A stretch of DNA of 64,000 nt, taken from positions 1 through 64,000 of the forward strand of contig BTVV01000017.1 in the NCBI GenBank assembly GCA_045863855.1, written 5' to 3'. The position numbers were made by a program, and so were the translations under genes. This DNA comes from Planctomycetota bacterium. Lineage in GTDB: Bacteria; Planctomycetota; SZUA-567; H5-PLA8. The notes beneath the pieces were generated by a model. The model was not told the origin of the DNA, did no database searches, and saw nothing but the letters and a program-made list of their open reading frames with translations. Positions 10,427 to 21,276 of this stretch are shown here, in pieces. Each line of letters begins with the position of its first letter. Position 1 is the first letter of the stretch.

Positions 10427-12040
10427 ATGATTGCCAACAGCAAGCGGTTCGGCGCGGGTCGCGTCGTGGGCTTCATCGACTTGGGCACCAACTCGGTGCG
10501 CCTGCTGGTGGTCCGGGTTTTTCCGAACGGGACATACACGACGCTGGGGCGCGACAAGGAGTCGGTGCGCTTGGGCGAGGGTGAGTTTCGCGACAACCGG
10601 TTGCAGCCCGAGGCGATGCAGCGCGCTTCGCTGGTGCTGGGCCGATTCGTGCAGACCGCGCGATCGCTGGGCGCGCATGAGTTGCATGCGGTCGCCACGG
10701 CCGCCACGCGCGAAGCCAGCAACCGGGATCAGTTTCTCAAACGCGTGCGCCAGCACGCGAATCTGGAACTGAAGGTGATCAGCGGCAAGGAAGAAGCGCG
10801 GCTGATCTATCTGGGCGTCTCGAACGGAATCAAGCTGGGCCGGCGGACGGGCTTGTTTATCGATATCGGCGGTGGCAGCACCGAAGTCATCGTTGGAAAC
10901 CACAAAAGCTATGCATACCTCGACACCATGCGGCTGGGCGCGATCCGGTTGACGTCGAAATTTTTCAAGCGTGGCGAGGACGGTCCCGTTTCGGATCGTA
11001 AGTACGCGGCGATCCAGCGCCACGTGCGCAGCACAGCCGTACGCGTCTTGCAGCGTTTGAAGCAATTGCCCTCGGACGTGGCGATCGCCAGCAGCGGCAC
11101 GGCCGAAAGCCTGGCGCAGGTGGCGTCGCTGCGCTTTCGCGGCCGGGCCTTCGGCGCCGACGATACGCTGCCGGCGGCATGGCTGGGCCGGGCCGCGGCG
11201 TACCTGCGTTCGCTGCCGCTGCGCGAGCGGCGCAAAGTCGCGGGGCTCAATCCGCAGCGCGCGGACATTATCGTCTCCGGCGCCGCGATTCTCGAAACGC
11301 TGGTGCAGGACTTGGGCATCGAGGAGTTGCGCACGAGCGAACGCGGGCTGCAGGATGGGCTTCTGCTCGATTACCTGCATCGCCAAGAACATCACGAACC
11401 GTTCAAGGAGCTGTCCGTCCGCGAGCAGAGCGTGTTGCGGCTGGGGCGGTTGTGCGGATTCGATGAGCCGCATGCCCGGCATGTGGCGCGGCTGGCGCTG
11501 GAGCTTTTCGACTCCGCGCGCGACACGGGGCTGTTGGAGTACGGCGATGAAGAACGCGAGCTGCTCGAATATGCCGCGCTGCTGCACGACGCGGGCATGA
11601 TTCTCTCGCACACCAACCATCAAGCGCATTCGTATTACTTCATCAAGAACGCCGACCTCCTGGGCTTCGATCAGGACGAAGTGAGCGTGATCGCCACAGT
11701 GGCGTTGTACCATCGCAAACCCGCGCCGCAGCGTTCGCATCCGGAGTTCGCTTCCCTGGACCGCGCGACGCAGAAAAAAGTCCGCGAACTGGGCGCGTTG
11801 CTGCGGCTGGCCGAAAGCCTGGATCGCAGCCATGCGGGGTTGGTGCGGAGCGCGGTTTTGCGTGCCGATGGGCGCAAGGCGGTGGTCCTGGAGCTGGCCG
11901 GCGAGCGGGACGCGATGCTCGAGATCTGGGGCGTCCAAAGCCAGACCAAGGCCTTCCGCAAAGTCTTTGCGCGAGACCTCACGGTGACCGGTACGACCGG
12001 AGCGCACGCGGCTCCCAAGCCCGTCGCCGCAGAGCGTTAG
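10427..12040 (+). CDS. ppx: Ppx/GppA exopolyphosphatase with C-terminal HD domain (alternative start 10406)
   Basis: IDLGTNSVRL, VATAATREA.N, ISGKEEARL, DIGGGSTE, RADII, AALLHD.G. Confidence 0.93.
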   Translation: MIANSKRFGAGRVVGFIDLGTNSVRLLVVRVFPNGTYTTLGRDKESVRLGEGEFRDNRLQPEAMQRASLVLGRFVQTARSLGAHELHAVATAATREASNRDQFLKRVRQHANLELKVISGKEEARLIYLGVSNGIKLGRRTGLFIDIGGGSTEVIVGNHKSYAYLDTMRLGAIRLTSKFFKRGEDGPVSDRKYAAIQRHVRSTAVRVLQRLKQLPSDVAIASSGTAESLAQVASLRFRGRAFGADDTLPAAWLGRAAAYLRSLPLRERRKVAGLNPQRADIIVSGAAILETLVQDLGIEELRTSERGLQDGLLLDYLHRQEHHEPFKELSVREQSVLRLGRLCGFDEPHARHVARLALELFDSARDTGLLEYGDEERELLEYAALLHDAGMILSHTNHQAHSYYFIKNADLLGFDQDEVSVIATVALYHRKPAPQRSHPEFASLDRATQKKVRELGALLRLAESLDRSHAGLVRSAVLRADGRKAVVLELAGERDAMLEIWGVQSQTKAFRKVFARDLTVTGTTGAHAAPKPVAAER

Positions 12041-12134
12041 ACACGTTGTCTTCACGAGTTGCTTACGCTCATTTCACCGTCACCTGTCGCCCGGGCGCTA
12101 CTTTCACCGTGCTAGGTCCGGGAGAAAACACCTC

Positions 12135-13622
12135 GTGTTCGAAGCCACCGCCGTACGCCATGAATTGCTCGATCGCCTGAAGGTCCTCCATCATGCCGTG
12201 CTCGAAGAAGGCAGGGCGCAATACGAACGCTGGCGGCCGCACATTCGGCGGCGGGCATTCCGCTTGGGCGGGCTGAACCTCGCGCATTACTTGGCCTTCC
12301 GGCGGCGCGATCTGCGGAGTCTGCAACTCGAACTGGCGCCTTGGGGTTTGAGTTCGCTGGGCCGAAGCGAGGCGCGAGTCGTGTCCAATCTGGAGCAGGT
12401 GATCGCGACGCTCGGCGCGGTCTGCGGGGAGGAGGCCAGCGAGCTTCCCCCTCGGCGGCGCGCGCGAACATTTTATCGCGGTGAGCGGCTGCTGGCGCGT
12501 GAGACGGTGCGAGTGCTGGGTCCGTTGCGCCCGGAGCGGCGGGTGCGGATCATGGTGACGCTGCCCAGCGATGCGGCGGAGCGGCCCGAATGGGCCCGCA
12601 GTCTGGTGGAACGCGGGTTGGATGTCGCGCGGATCAACTGCGCGCACGACCACGCCGAAGCTTGGGCGGCCATGATCGCTCATGTGAAGCGAGCTGCCCA
12701 TGAGTTGGGCCGGGAATGCCCCATTTTCATGGATCTGGCGGGGCCGAAAATTCGGACCGGCCAAATTCTGGGCGAGAACTCCGATTACCGCCTGCTTCCG
12801 GGCGACTTGTTTCTGCTGAGCCGTGATGCACGGCCGGATGCGCAACTGGGCGCGGCGCGCTTGCAGGTGGTCTGCGGGTTGCCGGATGCCGTGGATCAGC
12901 TTCGCGAGGGAGCGGAGTTATGGATCGACGACGGGAAGATTGGCGCTCGAGTCGAAGCGCGGCTGCCCGGTGGCGTGCTGGTGCGGGTCACGCAGGCTCG
13001 GCCGAAGGGTGACCGTATCCGGCCTGAGAAGGGGCTCAATTTCCCGCATACCGAACTGCGCGTTCCGGCGCTGACCGAAAAGGATCTGCGGGATCTGGAT
13101 TTTGTCGCGCGCCACGCCGATGCGATCGGCTATTCGTTCGTGCAGGACGCCGCCGATGTGGTGCGTTTGCAACAGGCGCTGGTGGATCGAGGGACGGACC
13201 TGCGCCGGATGGCCATGGTGCTGAAGATCGAAACGGCGCGTGCGGTGCGCAACCTGCCTGACCTGATCGTGCGCACGGCGGGCCAGCAGCCGGTAGGCGT
13301 AATGATCGCGCGCGGAGATTTGGCGATCGAGATCGGGTACGAACGGCTCGCCGAAATTCAGGAAGAACTGCTCTGGCTGTGCGAGGCCGCGCACGTTCCG
13401 GTTATCTGGGCGACGCAGGTGCTCGAACGGTTGGTGAAAAAGGGAACGCCTTCGCGCGCGGAGATCACCGATGCGGCGATGGCCGAGCGCGCCGAATGCG
13501 TGATGCTCAATAAGGGTCCGTATATCGCGCAGGCCGTTGGCATCCTGCATGACGTGCTGACACGCATGAGCGAGCACCAAACCAAAAAGACGCCGCAGCT
13601 CCGCGCGCTGCGTTCCTGGTAG
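12135..13622 (+). CDS. pyk: Pyruvate kinase, atypical subfamily (N-terminal extension, no C-terminal regulatory domain)
   Basis: GTG start with GGAG RBS; RINCAHD, DLAGPKIR, IDDGK, KGLN, KIE, ARGDL, ATQVLE, PSRAEITD. Confidence 0.85.
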   Translation: MFEATAVRHELLDRLKVLHHAVLEEGRAQYERWRPHIRRRAFRLGGLNLAHYLAFRRRDLRSLQLELAPWGLSSLGRSEARVVSNLEQVIATLGAVCGEEASELPPRRRARTFYRGERLLARETVRVLGPLRPERRVRIMVTLPSDAAERPEWARSLVERGLDVARINCAHDHAEAWAAMIAHVKRAAHELGRECPIFMDLAGPKIRTGQILGENSDYRLLPGDLFLLSRDARPDAQLGAARLQVVCGLPDAVDQLREGAELWIDDGKIGARVEARLPGGVLVRVTQARPKGDRIRPEKGLNFPHTELRVPALTEKDLRDLDFVARHADAIGYSFVQDAADVVRLQQALVDRGTDLRRMAMVLKIETARAVRNLPDLIVRTAGQQPVGVMIARGDLAIEIGYERLAEIQEELLWLCEAAHVPVIWATQVLERLVKKGTPSRAEITDAAMAERAECVMLNKGPYIAQAVGILHDVLTRMSEHQTKKTPQLRALRSW

Positions 13623-13626
13623 CGCG

Positions 13627-15417
13627 CTATTCCTTGGGTGCGGGCTCGGTCTTGGCCTCGGCCTTGTTTTCGACCGGCTCGGTTTTGGCCGCTTCTGCAG
13701 GGGCGGCCACGGGCGCCGGATCGGCTTGCTTGACTTCCGCCCCCGGTTTGTCCGCGACCTTGCCCTCGATTTTCAACAGTTCGACGTCGAAGACCAGATC
13801 GGCTTTGCCTGGAATCTTGGGCGGGCTGCCCGCATCGCCGTAGCCCAGCGGGTGCGGAATGACGAGCTTGCGCTTGCCGCCCACCTTCATGCCTTGCACG
13901 CCCAGTTCCCAGCCTTTGATCACCTCGCCTTTGCCGATCGTGAACTTGAAGGCTTCGCTGCGTCCCGAACTGCTGTCGAACTCCGACTTATCCTTCAGCA
14001 GCCAGCCGGTGTAATGCACTTCCACCGCATCGCCTTCGAGCGCTTCGGCGCCTTCCCCTTTTTTGATCTCGGCATACTGGAGGTCCTGTTCTTTTTTCTG
14101 CAGCGACTCGTCTTCCGGCACTGCTTCTCCAGGGAGATTTTCTTTCTTCACTTCCTTGCTTTTGAAGAGCTTCTCGGCGGCGGGGCGCAACTTTTCGAAG
14201 CTCTCGTTTCCGATCACGTAAAAGAACCGTTGGAAGCGCTGCTGCGCCTTCTCCGCTTTGGCCAGTCCGGCCGCCTTTTCGTCCTTCTTAGGCTCGGATT
14301 CTGCTTCGGTTTTCTGGCCTTCGGCCGAGGCTTTCACGTCCTCGTCCAGCTTGGGATCGTAGGAGGCGAAGACGGCCATGTATCGATTGTGGCCTTTGCC
14401 ATCCTCCTTCTTTTCCGCTTCGCCGGCCGGCTTCCCGCCGGGGGCCTGATCCTGCTCGTCGTCCACCGCGATCTCGCCAAAGAATAGAAAATAGTTCACA
14501 CCGTCCTTGGTGCCGATTTCCAGTTCGCCTTCGTTACCTTTAAGGGTGACTTGCTGGCCCTGCTGCGCGACGAAGAATCCACGGGCCTGAAGCCATTCGG
14601 GATCGAAGGGGCGCACGCCGGCCAGGCGCAAGCCGGTGGCCTCGCTCAGCAGTTTCTCGACGGTATCTTCGTCCACCTGCTGCTCGGCAGGCGTCCGCGG
14701 CGAGGTCCAGGCGGTGGCGTCCTTAGCCTTTAGGAGCGGCGTGATGGTGCGCTCCTTGATGACGCCTTTGGTTTCGTCGACCGAGTAATCCTTAACCGTG
14801 AGCCTGCGGATATCGGCGCGATTGAGCTTCAGGAAATCGGTCTCGACCCAGTCCTTGAACGAGGTGGAGATGTTCACGTTGACTTTGGCGGTGTAGACCT
14901 CGTCCTTGCCGAATTCGCGGACGTAGCGGATATCGGGCTGGCTCGTGGCTTTGCCGACGATGAGATCGACGAGGGTTGCGCCGCCTTCGTCCTTCAATGT
15001 GACGCGCTTTCCGCGCGCTTCATCGTCCAGCGTGCCGTCCTTGCGGGGATCGAGGACGCCGAAATCCGCGTGCTGGTCGGCGCTGGCGGAAACGAGAGGT
15101 CCGCGCGGAACGTTCATCACGCCTCCTGCGGTCTCGCCGACTTTGGTGCCTCCATCCGCCGGATAATCGTGATGGCTAGGGATCACCCATTGGCCGCCTT
15201 TCTTGGCGACGGCAAAGAGGGAGGGGGCTTTGGCCGTGGCGTCCCATTGTTCGACTTGCAGCGAGGCGACTCGCTCGGGCTCGAGAGCTTCCCCGTCCGC
15301 CGTGAGCAACGCGCCGGTTTTTTCGGCGTCGCCTTCTACCGCGGCGTTCTTCGGGAGCCAGACCCACAGGGACGAGAGCAGGGCCAGGAGCATGCTAAGG
15401 GCCAGCGCGGCACGCAT
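13627..15417 (-). CDS. DUF4340-like exported protein fused to an FKBP-type peptidyl-prolyl isomerase
   Basis: N-terminal TM/signal; [12 protein letters not shown]-terminal [37 protein letters not shown]. Confidence 0.85.
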   Translation of the reverse strand: MRAALALSMLLALLSSLWVWLPKNAAVEGDAEKTGALLTADGEALEPERVASLQVEQWDATAKAPSLFAVAKKGGQWVIPSHHDYPADGGTKVGETAGGVMNVPRGPLVSASADQHADFGVLDPRKDGTLDDEARGKRVTLKDEGGATLVDLIVGKATSQPDIRYVREFGKDEVYTAKVNVNISTSFKDWVETDFLKLNRADIRRLTVKDYSVDETKGVIKERTITPLLKAKDATAWTSPRTPAEQQVDEDTVEKLLSEATGLRLAGVRPFDPEWLQARGFFVAQQGQQVTLKGNEGELEIGTKDGVNYFLFFGEIAVDDEQDQAPGGKPAGEAEKKEDGKGHNRYMAVFASYDPKLDEDVKASAEGQKTEAESEPKKDEKAAGLAKAEKAQQRFQRFFYVIGNESFEKLRPAAEKLFKSKEVKKENLPGEAVPEDESLQKKEQDLQYAEIKKGEGAEALEGDAVEVHYTGWLLKDKSEFDSSSGRSEAFKFTIGKGEVIKGWELGVQGMKVGGKRKLVIPHPLGYGDAGSPPKIPGKADLVFDVELLKIEGKVADKPGAEVKQADPAPVAAPAEAAKTEPVENKAEAKTEPAPKE

Positions 15418-15419
15418 AA

Positions 15420-18269
15420 TTATTCACTCCTCCGACGAGAACTCGGCACGATGCTGCTTTCACCGGCGACTCGGATCAGGAAGACCGCCAGCGCCAGCAG
15501 TCCCAGCGCCAAGGCGGGGTAGGCCAGGACCTGAACCTTCACCTTGGACATCGTGCTGCTGACCTTGCGGTTTTGCTCGATTTTGGCTTGGCGTACCTTT
15601 AGCGCGGCTTCGTGCTCGAGCTTTTCGATTTGGCGGTCCAGTTCGCGCCGCGCCGAGATGCGTTTCTGTTCGACGAGCTGCGCTTTCGCGTTCTCGTCCA
15701 GGTCGGTGCGCTTGCGAATCTTTTCGAGTTCCTGCTCGAAGTCGGCCTCGAGCTTCTCCTTCTTCTTGTCGTACTCATCCGCCGCGGCATCGGTGGTCTC
15801 GCGCAGCGAAGCCTGCGTTTCGAGGATAACTTTCTCCAGCACCTCTAGCGGGCGGCGCACCGGGCGGCGCGTGCGCAGGTCCATGAAGGCTTGGTCATCG
15901 GCCAGCGCGTCCACCGCGTTGGCGAGGAACTGCACGTTCTTGAGATCCAGCAGGAATTTGAGTTCGTCCTCGCTGAAGCGCTGCCCTTCGTTGCGGTAGA
16001 AGGCAAAGAACTGATCGTGCGCGAGGTCGGTGTCGGCGACATAGACGACGTGGATCGGCTTGGTGCTGGGATCGCCGACGCCTTTGCCGCTCTCGACGGG
16101 AGGCTCTTCGCCGGTCTTCGCGCCTTCCGGCTTAGGCGCCGGAAGCGGATACGCGCGCTTCATGGTTCCGGTGATCTCGACGGCGATGGCCTGGGGTTCG
16201 CCGGCCACGGGCGTAAAGCGCTTGGGGTTGATCTTGCGCTCGCCAAAGAACGGATTGCGCTCGAAGTGATCGTTGTAGCTGTGGCGGCCCCAGCCCACGC
16301 CGGCGACCGGCCGCACGAGCGTCTTGACGTTCAATTCACCGGGCTTGTCGGGCGCCGGCCGGACGGTGCCGGGGAAGGGGAGCAGCAGGCTTGTGATGCC
16401 GCGCGTCACCGGCGTGGCCTCGATGCCGCCCTTGTCCGCATAGCTCCAGACGAAGTTCGGCGTCAGAATCTTGCGGAACTCATGGCTGGGGTTGAAGTCC
16501 GACCACGCGATCATGTCCAGGTCGATCTCCAGGCCCAGCGCACGAAGGAGCGGTTTGAGGTCGCCCTTCTCGCCGTCTTCCGGCGGCATGCCCATCATCG
16601 GGTTCGGCGGGCGCTTGGGCTGGCTGCTGCCCAGTTGCGGGCCGCTGAAGACCGGCATGGGGTCTTCGAGGATCAGCGCCGGGCGTCCTGCCCAGATGTA
16701 ATCGTGCAGGTTTTTGAGCTGCTCATCGCTCAAGCGCGAAGGCTGCGGCGCGACCAGTACGCCGATGTCGTCGCCCACCGGGGCGTCGAGGTTGACTTCG
16801 CGGACGTCGTATTGCTTCTTCCACTCCTGCACGATCTGCCACTCCGGAATCGGCTGACGCGCCTGGAAGTCGAAGCCGCCGACGATTTTCAAATCCGTTT
16901 CGACGACGCCGATTACTTTCTTCTTGCCGGAGCCGACGGTGCGAATCGCGCGGATCAGTTCGTACTCGACCGAAAGCCCCGGATCGAAGTGTTCGATCTT
17001 CTGCGTCTTGGATCCGCTGCTGACGACGGCCGAGAGAAAAACTTCGTCTTCGTCGCGACCCGTGGCCTGGTCGGTGATGACCTTTCGCGGCGTTAGCCCG
17101 TAGAACTGCGTGGCTTCGCTGCCGGCCTCGTCGAGCGGGTCTTCGGGATGCTTGAGGATCAGCTTGATTTTGTCGCCCATCTCGCGATCCAGCACCTTCA
17201 GCGTGTTCTCGACTTCCTTGCCCTTCAGCGTCATCTCGGCGGGCAGCGACTTGCTGATGAAGGCGATGATGGTGACGGGCTTGTCGAGTTCCTGGAGGAT
17301 TTTCATGCTCGCCGGGCTGATCGAGGACAGCCGTTCGTCGGTGACGTCCCAGTCCACGGCTTTGCGGTCCACGGCAACGGAGACATTGAAGAGCGTGATC
17401 GCGCTGCAGATCGCGACCAGCGCATGGGGCCGGATGATGTTCGGAATGACGGCCATGACGCCCACCAAGGTCACGAGCGCCCCGGCGCCCACCAGCGCAC
17501 CGCTGCTGTTGGTTCCGCGGAGGATCCAGGCGCCGCTGCCGCCGGCCGCCACGAGGACCAGGCCGATAACGGCCAGCCGCCAGCCGCGGCCCATGTTCTC
17601 GCTAAAGCGCCGGCCCATGACGATCAGCGTCGCCAGCGCCAGCGTGAGCGCGACGAAGACGGCGGTGGTAACCAGTCCGCCCAGCGGGAGCAGGCCGCGG
17701 TTGAACGGATCGAACCAATCGGCCCACCATGCCACGGCCATCAGTCCGGAACTGAGCAGGACGCCGATGACGAAGGCGATCGCGGGCATCGGGACCAGCG
17801 TGCTGGCCAGCACGCCCAGTGCTGCGAAGACCAGCCCCGCGCACCACCAACCCGCGTAATTGGCGAAGATCAGTCCGCTGTCCGGATCGCCCAGGTAAGC
17901 CAGAGCGATCACGTTGAAGAGGCTGCACAACAGCGCGAGCGTGAAGTAGCTCGTCACGCCCAGCCACTTGCCCACCAGCGCGTCGCTGACGTTCAGCGGC
18001 AGAGTGAGCATCTGTTCTTCGGTGCCGAGTTCACGTTCGGAGGCCCAACTGCCCATCGCCAGCGCGGGCAGCAGCACTACGAGCAGCCAGGGCATGTACG
18101 TGAGCAGCGGGTTAAGGTCGGCGATATTGCGCGCGAAATACGCGCGCGGAACGAACAGGATGCCCGCGGCGACGAGTACGAATACCAAGATAAAGACGTA
18201 GCCCAGCGGATTAAGCAGCAGGCTGGCCAGTTGCCGGCGCCAGATGGCGCAGATCGCGGAGAGATTCAC
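15420..18269 (-). CDS. Fused ABC-2 permease (GldF-like) and GldG-like auxiliary domain
   Basis: [29 protein letters not shown]; then [24 protein letters not shown], coiled coil and C-terminal TM; GTGA overlap. Confidence 0.88.
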   Translation of the reverse strand: MNLSAICAIWRRQLASLLLNPLGYVFILVFVLVAAGILFVPRAYFARNIADLNPLLTYMPWLLVVLLPALAMGSWASERELGTEEQMLTLPLNVSDALVGKWLGVTSYFTLALLCSLFNVIALAYLGDPDSGLIFANYAGWWCAGLVFAALGVLASTLVPMPAIAFVIGVLLSSGLMAVAWWADWFDPFNRGLLPLGGLVTTAVFVALTLALATLIVMGRRFSENMGRGWRLAVIGLVLVAAGGSGAWILRGTNSSGALVGAGALVTLVGVMAVIPNIIRPHALVAICSAITLFNVSVAVDRKAVDWDVTDERLSSISPASMKILQELDKPVTIIAFISKSLPAEMTLKGKEVENTLKVLDREMGDKIKLILKHPEDPLDEAGSEATQFYGLTPRKVITDQATGRDEDEVFLSAVVSSGSKTQKIEHFDPGLSVEYELIRAIRTVGSGKKKVIGVVETDLKIVGGFDFQARQPIPEWQIVQEWKKQYDVREVNLDAPVGDDIGVLVAPQPSRLSDEQLKNLHDYIWAGRPALILEDPMPVFSGPQLGSSQPKRPPNPMMGMPPEDGEKGDLKPLLRALGLEIDLDMIAWSDFNPSHEFRKILTPNFVWSYADKGGIEATPVTRGITSLLLPFPGTVRPAPDKPGELNVKTLVRPVAGVGWGRHSYNDHFERNPFFGERKINPKRFTPVAGEPQAIAVEITGTMKRAYPLPAPKPEGAKTGEEPPVESGKGVGDPSTKPIHVVYVADTDLAHDQFFAFYRNEGQRFSEDELKFLLDLKNVQFLANAVDALADDQAFMDLRTRRPVRRPLEVLEKVILETQASLRETTDAAADEYDKKKEKLEADFEQELEKIRKRTDLDENAKAQLVEQKRISARRELDRQIEKLEHEAALKVRQAKIEQNRKVSSTMSKVKVQVLAYPALALGLLALAVFLIRVAGESSIVPSSRRRSE

Positions 18270-19006
18270 GCCGCCACCCCTTTCGTCAGTTCGCGGAAAC
18301 GCGCTTCCAGCCCCTCGCCGGCCGCCAGATCCTTGGGCGTGCCGTCGAAGCGCAGTTTGCCTTCGCTGATCAGCAGCACGTGATCCGCCAGCGCTTCGAC
18401 TTCCTGCAGGATGTGAGTCGAGAGCAGCACGGCCTTATGTTTCTGCGCGAAGCTCTTGATCAGATCGCGTACCACCTGGATCTGGTTCGGGTCCAGCCCC
18501 GCGGTGGGTTCGTCGAGGATCAGGACATCGGGGTCGTGAAGCATCGCTTGCGCCAAACCGACGCGCTGGCGGAAACCCTTGGATAGCTTGCGGATCGACT
18601 TGTTCCAGACTTCCTCGAGTTGGCACGCGTGAAGCATACGGTCAAGCGCTTCGTCGCGCTTGCTGCCGTCCATGCGCCGGATCGCGGCGATGTAGCGCAG
18701 GTATCCGGCGGGGGTCATGTCGGGGTAAAGCGGACCGTTTTCGCTCAGGTAGCCCAGGCCTTCGCTGCCTTCCAAGCGTTCGGTGGTCATGTCGTGCCCG
18801 GCGATGATTGCGGTACCGGCGCTGGGCGCCAGGTAGCCGGTGAGGATCTTCATGGTGGTGGACTTGCCCGCCCCGTTGGGACCGAGGAAGGCCGTGATCG
18901 AGCCGCGCTTGACCTGAAAGCTCACGTTTTCGATCGCCGTGAACGGTCCGTAATATTTACTCAGGCCTTTGCAGACGATCAACGCCGCATCCGAATCATC
19001 CGCCAT
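18266..19006 (-). CDS. ABC transporter ATP-binding protein (GldA-like)
   Basis: GPNGAGKST, LSKGFRQRVGLAQA, LILDEPTAGLDPNQ, STH. Confidence 0.95.
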   Translation of the reverse strand: MADDSDAALIVCKGLSKYYGPFTAIENVSFQVKRGSITAFLGPNGAGKSTTMKILTGYLAPSAGTAIIAGHDMTTERLEGSEGLGYLSENGPLYPDMTPAGYLRYIAAIRRMDGSKRDEALDRMLHACQLEEVWNKSIRKLSKGFRQRVGLAQAMLHDPDVLILDEPTAGLDPNQIQVVRDLIKSFAQKHKAVLLSTHILQEVEALADHVLLISEGKLRFDGTPKDLAAGEGLEARFRELTKGVAA

Positions 19007-19296
19007 GCCGATCTCCTTATGAGGAACGCCATTCGCCCAAACGGGCCCGCTCCGAGCCGTGAAGCCCGGATCGTCGCCCTGTCATGAACGTGTCGAATCG
19101 AAGCGAGTGCATAGTAGCCTAATCGCCGTCACGGAACCTCTCAAGATCGGTATCGCCATGCCCCGAACTTGGAACGGACTTTTGGGAGACGAGCGCCGGG
19201 TGCTCGCCTTCAAAAAACCGGCGGGTCCGGTCGGTGGGCTTCCTTGGCGCGTATTCGCTCTCTTTTAGGGATAGAGGCCGGATTGCGCACCTTGCA

Positions 19297-19325
19297 TTGC
19301 AAGCTTTCGAGGGAGTTCGTACACT
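19297..19325 (+). promoter_or_regulatory. Putative sigma70 promoter for ACT-rlmH
   Basis: TTGCAA-N17-TACACT. Confidence 0.55.
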
Positions 19326-19380
19326 CGCCCTCCCGCGCGCCGATGCGGCGCCAACCTTGACCCGCTACAGGAGGGGAAGC

Positions 19381-19782
19381 ATGCCCCTGACCATCCAGAA
19401 ACAGCTTTCGGTCTTCCTCGAGAACAAGCCCGGCGTCTTGCAGCGCCTGTGCGAATCGTTCGCGAAGCAGAAGATCAACATCAACGCGCTCTCGGTTTCG
19501 GATACGGTCGACCATGCGGTGGTGCGAATGATCGTCAGCGACCCGACGAAGGCGCTGCATCTGCTGGAAGAGCACGGCGTGCTGGTCGTCGAGACCGATG
19601 TACTGGCGCTGCAGATGCCCGATAAGCCCGGCGCGCTTTCGCAGATGGCCGATAAGCTCTCCAAGGCCAAGGTGAACATCGAATACGCCTACGGGACGGC
19701 CGGCACGGGCAAGGGCCAGAAGAGCCTGATGATCGTGCGCGTCAGCGACCTGGAGAAGGCTCGCAAGGTTCTCGCCAAGTAG
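19381..19782 (+). CDS. Tandem ACT domain protein
   Basis: QLSVFLENKPG.L and PDKPGAL..NIEYAY; GGAGG RBS before ATG 19381. Confidence 0.9.
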   Translation: MPLTIQKQLSVFLENKPGVLQRLCESFAKQKININALSVSDTVDHAVVRMIVSDPTKALHLLEEHGVLVVETDVLALQMPDKPGALSQMADKLSKAKVNIEYAYGTAGTGKGQKSLMIVRVSDLEKARKVLAK

Positions 19783-19786
19783 CGCC

Positions 19787-20245
19787 GTGAAACTGGTTCT
19801 CGCCTGTGTCGGCAAGCTGCGTGCCGCGGCCGTGCGGACGCTGTGCGAGGATTACGCCGGACGGCTGGCTCGTTACGGTTCGTTCGAACTCCACGAATGC
19901 AGGGATGCCCGCGCTTCTTCCGCCGCCGATGCTGCGGCGGAAGAAGGCGCGCGGTTGCGCGCGCTGGCCAAGCCCGGCGACGCGATCTGGGTGCTGGACG
20001 AACGCGGCGTGCAGGTCGATTCGCCGGGGCTGGCGAAGCGCCTGAGCGAACTCGAGAACCGTGGTATCAAGCGTTTGGTGGTGCTGCTGGGCGGCGCGCA
20101 TGGGCTGGACGAGGCCACGCGGCAGGCCGGTACGCTCTGGTCGCTCTCCAAGCTTACGCTGCCCCACGAACTCTGCCGCGTGCTGGCGTTAGAGCAGCTT
20201 TACCGCGCACGGACCATTCAGCGCGGCGAACCGTATCACCATTAA
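19787..20245 (+). CDS. rlmH: 23S rRNA pseudouridine-1915 N3-methyltransferase
   Basis: VGK, LDERG..DS, GGAHG, SLSKLTLPHE..R..EQLYRA..I..G.PYH. Confidence 0.95.
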   Translation: MKLVLACVGKLRAAAVRTLCEDYAGRLARYGSFELHECRDARASSAADAAAEEGARLRALAKPGDAIWVLDERGVQVDSPGLAKRLSELENRGIKRLVVLLGGAHGLDEATRQAGTLWSLSKLTLPHELCRVLALEQLYRARTIQRGEPYHH

Positions 20246-20287
20246 GGTTTGTGTATTGTCGAGCTTGCGGCGGCGCGTGCGTCCCGG

Positions 20288-21097
20288 CTACTTTTTCTTC
20301 TCGGGATCTTCGATCGGTTCTTCTTCGTAGATCAGGATTTCGCCGGTGGGCGTGCGGCGCATGCGTTTGGGCTGAGCGGCCGGATCGGGCTTCGGTGTTT
20401 CGGCGGGCTTGGCTTCTTCGGGCTTCTTCTCGGGTTCGAGGCCCATTTCACGGGCGATGCGCGGGCCTTCGGGGCGCGTCTCGTCGATGGTGCGCGCCGC
20501 CGGCTGAGCGGGCTGTTCGGCCACCGTCTCGGGCTCGGCCGGCAAGTTCAAGTCGGCTTTGGGTTCGGGCCCCGGCGCGCGCTGTGCGGTCGTTTCGGTA
20601 CCGGGCTCGATCGTTTCGATGCCGGCGGTCTTGGACGGAGCCATATCTACGGCGATCATCTCGCCCGTAGTCGGATGCTTGATCTGCCCGCCGCGCGCGG
20701 CCAACGCTCGGTCCATCAACGAATCGCGGTCCAATCCCTCTTCGATGGGCTTCATCACGTAATGCATCGAGACCTCATCGTTGAGGCGAATGGGCACCAC
20801 GTTATCGGCGATGAAGGACAGCGGATCGAAGCCGTACCACGGCGGACGAATCTTCTCGGTCTGGACCAGGGTCTCGTACTTGTCTTTGCGCAACTCGATG
20901 CGGTAGCTGCCGTAGTGCGTGTAGTTCATGCGGATCGGCGTCTTGCCCACGACGCGCCGATTGACCGAAACTTCCGCGCCTTCGGGAAGCGAAGTGATCG
21001 TCATGCCGCGGCTGGTGCAGCCCGTCTGGCAGAGCAGCAGCACCGCGAGCGGGCCGGCCAGCAGCAAGGACATCCATGAGCAGCGAAGTTGACGCAT
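20288..21097 (-). CDS. PEGA domain lipoprotein with Pro/Glu-rich tail
   Basis: Signal ending QTGC; ITSLPEGAEVSVN..VGKTP..Y.IELRK..YET; start uncertain. Confidence 0.8.
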   Translation of the reverse strand: MRQLRCSWMSLLLAGPLAVLLLCQTGCTSRGMTITSLPEGAEVSVNRRVVGKTPIRMNYTHYGSYRIELRKDKYETLVQTEKIRPPWYGFDPLSFIADNVVPIRLNDEVSMHYVMKPIEEGLDRDSLMDRALAARGGQIKHPTTGEMIAVDMAPSKTAGIETIEPGTETTAQRAPGPEPKADLNLPAEPETVAEQPAQPAARTIDETRPEGPRIAREMGLEPEKKPEEAKPAETPKPDPAAQPKRMRRTPTGEILIYEEEPIEDPEKKK

Positions 21098-21276
21098 TAC
21101 TCGGTCCGCGCGGCTAACTCCAGCGCGGCACATCCTTTCCGGTTGAATCCCAAGCTCAGGCACGAACGGTCAGTCTAGACGCCACAGGTGCTCTTGTCGA
21201 GCCCGGACGCCATTCGAATGCGCTTACCCCTTGCTATCGGCCAACTTAGCCCTGGGCTTGAGCGCTTCGGGGACGG

